A DNA stretch of 64,000 bases from Octopus sinensis (lineage: Eukaryota), in the NCBI RefSeq assembly GCF_006345805.1, contig NC_042999.1, positions 167,648,001 through 167,712,000 on the forward strand, given 5' to 3'. The position numbers and the translations under genes were made by a program. The notes beneath the pieces were generated by a model. That model ran no database searches, had not been told where the DNA came from, and saw nothing but the letters and a program-made list of their open reading frames with translations. Shown piece after piece: positions 53,090-64,000 of the stretch (positions within the stretch are counted from its first letter, which is position 1; every line of letters begins with the position of its first letter).

Positions 53090-53600
53090 CTGAGGAATTA
53101 CCAAGACAAAAGTATTATGGATTGCTACAGAGTAGCAAGAAGACATATATGAATTTCAAGATTCTCATACTAAATTATATACAAATTTCTCATTTCTAAA
53201 CTAACTATATGAACTATATTTGGAATACAAGATAATATAACGGATTTTACATATGAATATTATGGATTATTGCAGAAGAACAACCAAGGAAGTATATATG
53301 GATTTAAGGACTCTCATCAAAAGTAGTAATTTTTAATTTTTAATTTATCTTTTAAACAAACACCATTTTATAGTATTACTTCAAATTAAAAAAACCCAAA
53401 AAAACTACCATTCCAATTTTATGCAAAATTCAAATTCTACTACTCTGAAGAGCAGAAGAGTTGTCTATAAATGCTTATCAATATAGGATTTCATGATAGG
53501 GACAACACTTATGTGAAACGATCGTAAGATGCTTTAAATACTATATTCAAAACTTTTAAACTATCATATACATTATTAATTTATACTTATATATATTTAC
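53090..53600 (+). mobile_element. Decayed PLE 3' end / pseudo-LTR
   Basis: Carries the hammerhead motif below; upstream sequence only faintly GIY-YIG-like. Confidence 0.45.
53438..53533 (+). ncRNA. Type I hammerhead ribozyme motif (long stem II)
   Basis: CTGAAGA (53445-53451), GCAGAAGAGTTGTC/GACAACACTTATGT stem, GAAA, palindromic ACGATCGT, GUA site after 53526. Confidence 0.65.
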
Positions 53601-54282
53601 ATATATATATATATATTTATATTTATTTATTCATATATTTTTAATACAACAATTATTTCTCAAACGCGTATATCTTTCTGAGGAGTTTTCTGGTATTGAT
53701 TTCCTAATATTAATAATAATATATCATTAGAAAATATATATGTATATAATCGCTCCTATTAAATATATAAATACTTTAATAGTATTAATACTTTGATACA
53801 ATAGAGCACTCAATATAAATCCAGTATATAATATTCTTATTGAATATATTTAACTAAAGATTTATATATATATATTATATATATATATAATATATATATA
53901 TATACATACATACATACATATATGGGACTATATTATCAAATCCGTCTTTTTTTTAGTCTAGAGCCAATCCATTTTTCATGGTGATTTAAAATAAAAATCA
54001 AAACTTACACAAGGAGAGAATCATATTAGATGACATGGAAATACTTAAAAGTAATCACATGAAATATATTATTAGTTTATTTTTCAAAGAAAATTAATTA
54101 AGAAATAATTATACTAATATCAAATAACTTATTTAAGTGTTAATTGAAGGAATTGCTTTTTGTTTGGGCTTTAAACTGCTAACAAGTGCATAGATCGGGC
54201 ACAAAAAGTCTGTTGCCATTTTGCTGGGGATTAGTTTAGGCGGATGAATTTCTCCCAGTAGGTTTCTGGCTTTCATTTCGAC

Positions 54283-54712
54283 CAGTGGTTCTCAAACTGG
54301 GTCTATGTGACCCCTGTAGGCCTACAAGGCCCCCGAGGGTCCTTATAGCATTGGGGATCCACAATAGTATTCTAAGGGCCCCAGAGAAAATTTGGCGAAA
54401 GTAAAGAATATGTACACCCGGTATTTAGGGTTAGGGTTTAGGGATAGGGTTAGAGTTAGGGTTTATTTTTTATCTCCGCCGAAAATTTTGCCTCGGATGT
54501 ATAGATTAGTATGTATTGCAAGAAACAGCTGGGTTTCTTTCTCAAACATTTTACACAGTTCAAACTACACAAGTTAATCTGTGAAAATCAATGTGAGAAT
54601 TTTTTAAAGAGATGTCTATTTAATTAGTTTTTTAACAAGGCTATGAGATCCACCAGAATAAAATAGTAATCAAAGAGGTCTATAGACAAAAAACAATGAT
54701 TGAGAAATCCTG
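54283..54712. mobile_element. hAT (Charlie-like) MITE with nested TTAGGG-rich insert
   Basis: CAGTGGTTCTCAAAC ... GATTGAGAAATCCTG; 8-bp TSD ATTTCGAC / ATTTAGAC. Confidence 0.75.
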
Positions 54713-54874
54713 ATTTAGACGAACCTTGAGAACTAATAAAGCAAAAATGAGCTTGGTAAGATGTAAAATCAAAATAATTATATCTCAAAATATGCTTTCA
54801 AATTTTGCTTCAAGGCCAGCAATTCTGGGGAACTAGATAAGCCAATTATATTGATCTCAGTGCTTATTTTATCG

Positions 54875-55258
54875 GTGGAGGCGCAATGGACCAGTGGTTA
54901 GGGCAGCGGACTCGCGGTCGTAGGATCGCGGTTTCGATTCCCAGACGGGGCTGTGAGTGTTTATTGAGCGAAAACACCTAAAAGCTCCACGAGGCTCCGA
55001 CAGGGGATGGTGGTGATCCCTGCTGTACTCTTTCACCACAACTTTCTCTCACTCTTACTTCCTGTTTCTGTTGTACCTGTATTTCAAAGGGCCGGCCTTG
55101 TCACTCTCTGTGTCACGCTGAATATCCCCGAGAACTACGTTAAGGGTACACGTGTCTGTGGAGTGCTCAGCCACTTACACGTTAATTTCACGAGCAGGCT
55201 GTTCCGTTGATCGGATCAACCGGAACCCTCGTCGTCGTAACCGACGGAGTGCTTCCCC
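54875..55258 (+). mobile_element. SINE family C inserted into a minus-strand SINE A (~54800-55385)
   Basis: 9-bp TSD ATTTTATCG (54866-54874, 55259-55267); SINE A sequence resumes on both sides. Confidence 0.92.
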
Positions 55259-55551
55259 ATTTTATCGACCTCGAAAAGATGAAAGGCAAAGTCAACCTCG
55301 GCAGAATTTGAACTCAGAGCGTAAAGACGGACGAAATGCCACTACGCATTTTGTCCGGCGTGCTAACGATTCTGTCAGCTTTCCACTTTTATCTCAAACT
55401 AAATATAAAAGAAAAGACAAACATGTATTTTGGCTTTCTTTGTTAGGACCAACACTGTTCCCTACTATGTTTAAAAGCAAAAATTAAGGGGATATAGATG
55501 AACGATCTACTAATTGAAGTAAAATAATCTAATTTAATGATATTTCAAATG

Positions 55552-56100
55552 AAGGCGGTGAGCTGGCAGAATGGGGAACAGCATTTCTTCCGACTTGAAG
55601 TTCTCAGTTCAAATGCTGCCGAGGTTCCTCTTTGCCTTTCATCCTTTCAAAGTAGCAGTTGGACTCCGAAATTACAAGCCTGGTGCCAAAATTTGAAACC
55701 AAAAATATTTCAAGTCATTAAGGCGGCGAGCTGGCGGAATCGTTAGCACGCCGGGTAAAATGCTTGGCAGCATTTCGTCCGTCTTCACGTTCTGAGTTCA
55801 AATTCCGTTGAGGTTGACTTTGCCTTTCATCCTTTCGGGGTCAATAAAATAAGTACCAGCTGAGCACTGGGCCGATGTAATCGACACATTCACTCTCCCG
55901 AAATTGCTGGCCTTGTGCCAAAATTTAAAATCAGTATTTCAAGTCATTGGCAGAATTGTTGTGAACCGGAAAAATTTTCTGACCATTGTTTGTTCTGGCT
56001 TTTTGCATTCTGATAAAATAAATTACCAGTCAAGTACTGGGATCGATGGTATGGACTAAACTTCCCTGCTTAAAACTGCACGGCCTTGAGCCTAAACTAG
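55552..56100 (+). mobile_element. Three stacked SINE A copies; middle copy 55720-55934 has a 14-bp TSD
   Basis: TSD TATTTCAAGTCATT at 55706-55719 and 55935-55948. Confidence 0.8.
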
Positions 56101-58710
56101 AATGAAGACGCATATATTTTTGTGTATGAAAACATTAGTATTGATTTTTTTGCGTAATCTGAAGCCCTACATAATTTACATAATTATGTAAATCCTTACA
56201 TAAAAAGAAAGAATAGAAAGAACTTTAAACCGAGTAAACACAAATCAGCACCACAACGCCATAAATGCTGAGATGACCTGATTTCCATTTTTGATGGAAA
56301 CCAGACCATAAATTCAAATGTTAGTTATGAACAGCTAAAACAATTTTTATAACATGTTGAGAGATTCTGTTTGTTCTCTTAAATTGTAGATATACATTTT
56401 GACAAATAATGCTTACATATCTAAAATCTACTGTTGTAAAGAAAAGGCAAAATTAACTTTACTGTTTTGGGGAAAAAATACTTTCTCGGAGTTTATATAA
56501 TTATCAGTATGTTTCATTATGTGAAACTTATGCTAATCCGGACAGAATTTATGACAGATAAATATACTATATCACTGGTGAAAGAAATGTTAAATTTTTA
56601 CATCCAGTGGACCTTTCAGTTAAAAGAGATGCCTTCTAGTAATAGTTGAAATAACAAGTTTAAGGTGATAACTTTTTAACCTAATAGTGTATTTGATCTT
56701 AATAGGTGGCATAAATGTGAGAAATGGAGTGGTAATCAAAGAAAAGTTAAAATTTAGAATGATAAATGAGTAAAATGAGTAGTACAGGGTTTGAGGGGGG
56801 AAAAAACTGTTGTAATTTTTGGAACATGAGCTTTATTGGTGCATAACTTTGCTACAGTTGCTCTAACTTCAAACTCATCAAATATCACATCTGTCAGGCA
56901 CAACGCTGAACAAGTGTGCGAGCACAAATGTGTATTTTTTTATTACAGTTATTTGATATACAGCCAGAGGAGAACGAACAGACCGGCAGAGGTGTTATTT
57001 TTGGCAACTGGTGTAAATGAGATCTACTTTTTTTTATTAGTTATACGCAGATAATTTCGCTTACTCGAAGAACAGCCGATCAACAAGCACAAGTATTTTC
57101 TCTCTTCATTGTGCGCAGTCAGTGAAGTTATAACAAAAAGTCGAAAATAAAAGATTGGCTACAATGATAGCCAGAACTGAATATAAGTAGGAATAAAGAA
57201 TATATCCCGACATAGCTTTAACATACACTTCAGCCTATAAATATGCGAAATGGATTTTCTATCATTTTGTTGTAGCAACATACTACATTAATACTACATT
57301 CATAAGTTTTGCACTATCTCAGACGAGTAAATATATGTACTTTTATTTATTTTTTCTTCTCTTCCTTTTTAACTCTTTGGTATTTTTCTTAGATAATTAC
57401 ACGAAACAGCATAATACTTCAAAATTCGTGAAGTATTATCAATACCAAAACCAATAGGGTTTTGATTATCGACTTCGGTTAAAACAAGTATCCTATCGAC
57501 AATACTAGTTTGAATACAGATTTATATAAACAATCTGTTTCTATGAAATTAATGCATGCAACCGTTTAATACTATTCGCTTTCTAATTGATATCGCTTAG
57601 AAAAGTACCTTCAGCTGTGCAGTAAATTTTATTAACCCAAATAAATATGATAAAAATCCATTATCATATAATTAATATTCTACCCTGGTTCACTTTTTAA
57701 AAGATTTGAATTTGTGTGACTGTTCCTTACTTCATTACTTCCCATAAAATGTTTTCTTGATGTATAATTGGATGTTCTTTATGTATTACTTCTGATGCTG
57801 ACGTTATCTTTTTGGTTTTCAAATTGCATTTGAAAAATTTCATTTTCTGAATCATCTGACAAAATGAAGTTTTCCCTACGATATACATACGGCAAATTTA
57901 TCTATTCTTCCATCAAATTATACATGATTATAGAAGTAATTACTACAAGGAAATCAGCAGTTTCTGATCTAATGACAAAGAAGATTTTAGCATCTTGAAC
58001 TGCTGGTCAAGAAAGCTTATTGGAAGACAGCGAGAAGAAATTGAGTTTCACAAATCTATGTTGATCGTGTGCTTGCTTATAACATGTAAAAGGAAGAGAC
58101 AATGGTGTGGTATGAAGATTAAAGATCTTCATACTCTACTTATAACAAAACGACAACATTTTTTTTTAAAGTATCAAAACAAATAGGATAAACAAGGGAA
58201 CGGAGACCCAGTAGAAAATATTAATGTTTCGAGAAAGGAGAACATAGTTAATTCCCCATGTAAATTCATGAAGCAGATTAGTTGAAAACTATTAACTACA
58301 TGCACCACTGACCATTCTGATGGGATATAGACTTTGAGAAATGGGAATCTAATAAATATTAATTTCTTTCATGACCGTACTTACACTGTACTTTATTTTA
58401 TCGATCTCACATGACTAAATAGCAAAGTTAATTTCGGCTATGGCTTTAGTTATTTTTTTAATCAGGAGTGAAGGCAGTGCTCATGACCATTCACAGGACA
58501 AATGAGAGGGGGGGACACCGAAAACCTGGCCTGAATGCTTGCAACACGAACCCAGTGTACCTGTAGTGATGTGAAACCAGTCAACAGATTAAGTTTACTA
58601 CTCAGGGACTGAGAACTTTAAAGGCTATAACTAAATATGACTAAGTATTTTTCCCTGTCGCTCTTTTGATTCTGACTATCCATTGACAGGAAATTGTCAA
58701 GTTGTTAAGA

Positions 58711-58867
58711 AGGAGTGGCTGTGTGGTAAGTAGCTTGCTGACCAACCACGTAGTTCCGGGTTCAGTCCCACTGCATGGCACCTTGGGCAAGTGTCTTCTA
58801 CTATAGCCTCAGGCCGACCAAAGCCTTGTGAGTGGATTTGGTAGACAGACACTGAAAGAAGCCCGTC

Positions 58868-58916
<49 letters not shown>

Positions 58917-59135
58917 TGTGTGTATATGTTTGTGTGTCTGTGTGTGTCCCCAACATTGCTTGACAACCGATGCTGGTATGTTTACGTCTCTGTAACATAG
59001 CGGTTCGGCAAAAGAGACCGATAGAATAAGTACTAGGCTTATAAAGAATAGGTCCTGGGGTCGATTTGCTCGACTAAAGGCGGTGCTCCAGTATCGCCGC
59101 AGTCAAAATGACTGAAACAAGTCAAAGAGAGTAAG
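58711..59135 (+). mobile_element. SINE family B
   Basis: GGAGTGGCTGTGTGGTAAGTAGC head to tail. Confidence 0.9.
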
Positions 59136-59177
59136 GAACTTAAAAACTTCGAATTCTAATCAAATATCATCTCTTTT

Positions 59178-59640
59178 TACATTATTTACATTATTTACAT
59201 TTGACGAATATTTGTCCTCATCTTGTTTGTTGTTAACACAACGTTTCGGCTGATATACCTTCCAGCCTTCATCAGGTGTCTTGGGAATATTTTGAACCTG
59301 GGCTCTCATTGCTAAGGTATTTTTCGATGTTATTATTATTATTATTATTATTCAGGTCACTACCTGAAATCGAACTCAGAATCTTGGGGTTAGTAGCGTG
59401 CGCTCTTAGCCACTACGTGGGCAAATATGGAGTGAATTTTAGGGCTTATAAATTTTATATTTTCCTATCCTTCCTTAATACCGGTTCTCATATGCTACTC
59501 CTATCTGCACTCAGTCTGCTTAGGAGGTTGTTGTGTCCTAGCATATGTGCTGCTTCTTTTAGTTTTCCTATTTTCCAGTGTTGTTCTCTATCATTTTAAC
59601 TTCATCCCACAGGAAGAGGTGGTCTCCATTATTCCATACA
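59178..59640 (-). mobile_element. Inverted PLE pseudo-LTR: GIY-YIG C-terminus, tRNA-like cassette, (AAT)n, hammerhead, (AATGTAAAT)n
   Basis: Minus, frameshifted: WDEVKMIE..HWKIGKLKEAAHMLGHNNLLSR..EPVLRKDRKI*, followed by the listed modules. Confidence 0.8.
59235..59280 (-). ncRNA. Minimal type I hammerhead ribozyme
   Basis: GACAC-CTGATGA-A-GGCTG(10 nt)CAGCC-GAAACGTT-GTGTT: 5-bp stem I, 5-bp stem II, palindromic ACGT stem III, GUU site between 59240 and 59239. Confidence 0.75.
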
Positions 59641-60400
59641 TGATCAGCTATACCCGATTTGGAAATGTTGACCTTCTGTGTAGAAACTACCTACTTCAGT
59701 ATGGACACTGATATATATCGACAAGAAGAGGGTTTAGCTATGAGTTCGCCATTATCACCGATAATAGCCAATATATACGTGGAATACTTCGAGAACTTGG
59801 CTTTAGGATCAACACTACTAAAACCAACCCTAGGGTTGCGATATGTTGGTGACACCTTTATACTCTGGCCCCACCAGGAAGATGTCTAAATGCTGTTAGA
59901 TCATGTGAACTCAATAAAGCCATCCATATAGTTTACAATGGAAAAGGAAAAGACAATCAGCTGGAATTCCTGGACGTATTAATAACACGCACCAAGTAAG
60001 GATTCAGGACATCCGTATACCGCAAGCAGACTTTCACTGGACGATACCTCAACTTCAATTCCCACTATCCATACAGTGTAAAGAGAGGGATTGCTCAGTG
60101 CTTAAAACATTGAGCAAATAATATAAGTAGTGATCGTGATACCCAGCACGAAGAAATGATCAAGCTAAGTAACAACTACCCCAAAAACATACAATCCACT
60201 CCAATTATGAAGAAAAGAGAGGATGAGGCCAATAAACTGTCTACAGTCTGTCTACTCTATGTGAAAGGCCTCTCCGAAAAGATACAAAAGATAAGCGGCC
60301 CATGTGATATCAGGACAGTATTCAAGAGTAATACAACACTTCGCAAATATCTCCTTCGAGTAAAACCACCAACAGACAAGAATATGACCAAAGACTGAAT
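59640..60400 (+). pseudogene. 5'- and 3'-truncated Penelope-like RT
   Basis: YRQEEGLAMSSPLSPIIANIYVE; RYVGDTF; FTME..LEFLDV; VYRKQTFTGRYLNFNSH; YVKGLSEKI. Confidence 0.9.
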
Positions 60401-60544
60401 ACTTGAATAATGATAACTAATGAATAGAAACTTCAAAACGAAGGAATTATAAAAGCATAAGGTAATGGACAAAAGAGCAGACTCGTTTACTCGGACTATC
60501 CTTCCACCCAACGATTAATAACTTGACTGGAAGGCATCATTTCC

Positions 60545-63500
60545 CTCTTCTTTTCCCTCACATTCCTTTTCAAGTGTCTTCAATCCTTTCAACCTGGTCC
60601 ACCACATGTCTTTCGTTAAAGCACCAAACACTGTCTGTCCTTCTGGCCAAAGCTAGGCGCTGAAACGATCTTCACAATGAACTCAGCCAATAGCCAGATC
60701 CGTACTACAGATTCCGAAGCTGTTCAACATTAACCCTCAAACCAACAACGCTCGGGCATTTTATAATTCCTTCGTCGCTCTGCACACCTTCCGAGTAGAT
60801 CCGGCAGGTGGCACTTCCATGCCTGTGGAGTTTATCTTCAACTGGAAATATGTCCGGCAGCACTGCAAGATCAGAGATTGCTGGAAATTATCTATAGACC
60901 AGCCAGCTGATTCTCATCAACATCCACATTCTCCCCGAGAACGTCGTCGCACGAGCCCGCCACTAACTCTCTATAGAACGCCAAAGTGGAACTTCCACCA
61001 ACCGCATTGCCCGACTGACAAAGGATTGTGAGCGCCTGGGGTACTCTAGGTGCTAGGTACCCTGCTTCGGTCTATGCTTGATCCAGGACTGCAGCTCAGT
61101 CAAAGGGACGAGCTGCGGAAGAGTGAATCTGTCAAACGGCGACCACACCGGCTCATCGTCGAGGAAGCGCTGGAGATGTAACCTCAGCACATGTTTGTAC
61201 ATCAGCTTTCAGGCCATGCTAGATTCAGCAAGTGCTGACAGCAAATTGAGCACCTGACCAGTGAAATGCGTGCCTTCTACAGAAAGCGGAAGAGTATGCA
61301 CTCCAGTTTTATCTGTATATATATAAAAGGTAGGATGTGTGTGTGTGTGTGTGTGTGTGTGTACGTGAATGTAATTTATGCACGTCCACAAATTAGCACG
61401 CATGTCGCTCCAATTTTAGGAGGACATTCGTCAGGATCCTAGCTGTATTTTCGTCAAATTATTTTCCCCCGAGGCACCAGCGAATAGCGGTAAAAATATA
61501 TTTTCGACCATAACTTAACAATTTTCACGGCGGAGAAATCCACCGTTATTTATACAAACATGATTTAAGCCCCCTTCTAGCGACGGGGTAAAGAGAGGGA
61601 GGGAGAGGAAGAGAGAGAGAGAGAGATAACATATTTTTAAAATTTCGTCTTTTTACTGAGTGATTGACAGGCAAAAACAGACAGAGAGGTGCTGTTATGT
61701 ATGTATATATGTATGTATGTATGTATGTGTGAATGTATGTATGTATGTATGTATGTATGTATGTATGTATGTATGTATATGTGAATGGCTTCAGTCATAC
61801 ACACACACGAACATGTATGCGTACAAAACATATGTATGCAATGTGTGTGTGTTATACACAATATAAACGATATTCTCCGTTTCTCCACAACTAATTTCTA
61901 AATTAGCTGAATCCGTTGCTCCACTCATAGCGATATATAGCTGGTCGTGCGTGAACATGGGAAAGAACAGAGGTTATCAGAGCAAAAGACCTACGTGTTG
62001 ACTAGACAAGGTCCTTCGCAAACGATCAGCTATTATTTTGTAAACAATGTTTAAAACTGTTCATGTTTTCGAAAGGAGAGATCTGACTCTCAAATCTCTG
62101 TGAGAGAAGGTAGGTCTCTCTATTCCACTTACAAAACTTACGCCTGGGTGTTTACAAATTTGCATTTTGTAAACAATGTTTCGAAACTGTCCATGTTTTC
62201 GAAAGGAGAGATCTGACTCTTTTCAACCATATCGTCTACCAATTTTGATGTAGTTTGTTCAAACTTGATGCCAGCATTACTTAGGACTCGTGGGATCTTT
62301 GAATGCTTTAAGTTCTCCAAAAATGAAAAAAAAAAAACAATCGATGAGTGGGAAAAAATCGATAAACCAATTCCTTATGGGGTTTCCCAATCAAATTGTC
62401 AGCAAAATTTCAGCCAAAAGTTTACCAATTTCAACGGATTTCACTCAAATTTGACGTCGATGTTAATTAGTTTGCTTAGAAATAAAGAGCTTGATTAGCT
62501 TAATAATCCTAACTTAATCCCGAGCAAAGCCGGGCTATACTACTAGTCCGACATAAACTATGGCAAGGCACGACGGCGAAGCGGTAGTATATGACGGAGG
62601 CGATGTATGCATTTGCCACCTCTGCCCGACCTCAAAGATAACTTTTTTCAGCCCATTTCTGGGTGAGATTGGCGACTCTGCTTGTCACCTCGTCCCATTT
62701 TTTCTTCTCTTAAGGATCCGGATCAAACCAGACTCCGAGCAATTTAACCGGTCCCTCCGTCCAGCACCCCGATCTACAAACCCACTGACTTTCTTGATTA
62801 ATTTTGGCACCTGTCACCGTCTCGTATTCTTTTAGACCAGTACCAACTATGGCAGTAATGTCGTCCGCCATGCCGACACAGTTCTCCGACGTCCTAGTTT
62901 GCATGGAATGCCTTCCAACGACTCCAATTTCTGCAGCAGTGGCTATAGAGCCAGTACATACAGAAGAGACGAAGTGAGGCACCCATGACAGACGAGTGCA
63001 TGATGCTGAACGGTTCCGACACATAACCATTCATCCGAACTACCGAGCAGATGTTGTACACTACGGCAATCGGACCGCGAAAAACGGGACCGAAACCAGT
63101 CACCTTGAGAACGACCGCCAAGTATTGGTGGTTGACACTGTTGAAGGGTTTTGATTGATCCAAGCTGATCAGAACTGCACGCATCTGCTCGAGATCGAGT
63201 ACTAGGTGCCAATTTTTGTCCCCAAAAGACCGAATTGTGGCTTTGCAGCCATGTTACGCCTCATCAACTCGGGCTCATTGAGCGGCTTTTGTCCCCTCGT
63301 TTCTTAAAGCAGGCGCCTTGGCTCTAACAATACATCCTTCTTGCTCAGCGTTGAAGAAATGGTCCACGGATAATCTTGCCACGAGCACGTGGTTGTAATA
63401 CCTTTCCTAAGCGCCTCATTTAAGTTTCTAAGACTCCTTCTATTCTACTTCTTTCTATGCCTTGCTAAACGTTTTCGGTTCTACTCTTGTTGCCCTTTTT

Positions 63501-64000
63501 AAGGAAAACCATCATTTGTTGTTGACTATTAATCCCTTCAACGCCCGCTTAACTATTTCTCTAACCCGGTCTCTGTAAGCTTGTCACGCCTGGAATGACG
63601 CGTTCAGCTTCCAGTAGTTGGGTCCTACGAAGCCTACCTATATCGACCGTGCAGATCACAATCTTGTGGTGTGTGTAGCCGAAAATTTTGAAAAGTGGCA
63701 ACTTATGCTATCCTTATCTCCTGGCCTACAGCCGATTCTATCTAGATATGGCCTAAGTGACCCGATGGGGTTCGCCCATGTCCACACTGACACATTCAGG
63801 AAATTCAGGTAAAAGTCTCCCTCCCTCTTCTAATAGAAAGCCCCACTCAGTATAAACATGCGTCCAAGACAGTTTCAGTCACCCATTGACACCAAAGTTC
63901 GAGACGTTCCCAGAAAAACCTCCAGGCGTCTGAAGAAATCCGGCTGTCCTGCCCCTGTTGAAGCACAGATATCCAACATTTTGAAAGCACCCCTGTCGCT
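60545..64000 (-). pseudogene. Tx1/L1-type LINE ORF2 (APE, RT, C-terminal domain), decayed; interrupted by a Helitron-N; continues past window end
   Basis: YLDRI, GPNYWKLNAS, ISLDQSKPF, LYVLAL, (Y/M)ADDITA, VKLLGVWF; C-terminal IDNFQQSL..LPVEDKL. Confidence 0.88.
61312..62546 (+). mobile_element. Complete non-autonomous Helitron (1235 bp)
   Basis: A|TCTGTATATATATAAAA ... CCCGAGCAAAGCCGGG hairpin ... CTAG|T; removing it restores the LINE frame. Confidence 0.93.

Noticed and set aside
28525-55210. Recurrent 67-aa ORF MVVIPAVLFHHNF... (four copies) as a gene family
   Set aside because: It lies wholly within SINE C copies; identity reflects SINE youth, not coding constraint.
57830-58190. Possible host exon or CR1 RT relic
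   Set aside because: Stops in all long frames, no convincing splice pair, only vague motif resemblance.

Overview
AT-rich, microsatellite-dense eukaryotic DNA made almost entirely of stacked transposable-element copies and remnants; no host protein-coding exon could be supported. The SINE set and simple-repeat content look like an octopus/coleoid cephalopod genome (inference from pattern recognition, not a database hit). Main content: (1) a Dong/R4-type restriction-like-endonuclease LINE cluster inside (AAT)n at 1.3-4.7 kb, one copy with ~397 uninterrupted codons; (2) RTE LINEs (10.2-12.5 kb, 31.8-32.3 kb) and Tx1/L1-type LINEs (12.6-13.6 kb, 60.5-64 kb); (3) several Penelope-like element (PLE) remnants, three carrying recognisable hammerhead-ribozyme motifs, one with a tRNA-like Pol III cassette directly upstream of the ribozyme; (4) a Tc1 broken by an inversion whose breakpoint joins a Gypsy integrase fragment, a 392-bp LTR and an inverted, decayed Gypsy (36.3-42 kb); (5) a full-length dead mariner with TIRs, a mariner MITE and a hAT MITE; (6) a decayed RepHel Helitron (48.1-52.6 kb) with a candidate GT-AG intron and a 248-bp near-perfect fold-back over the catalytic tyrosine motif, plus several non-autonomous Helitrons; (7) about 25 copies of three tRNA-derived SINE families. 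Most ORFs in the supplied track are microsatellite or SINE read-throughs.
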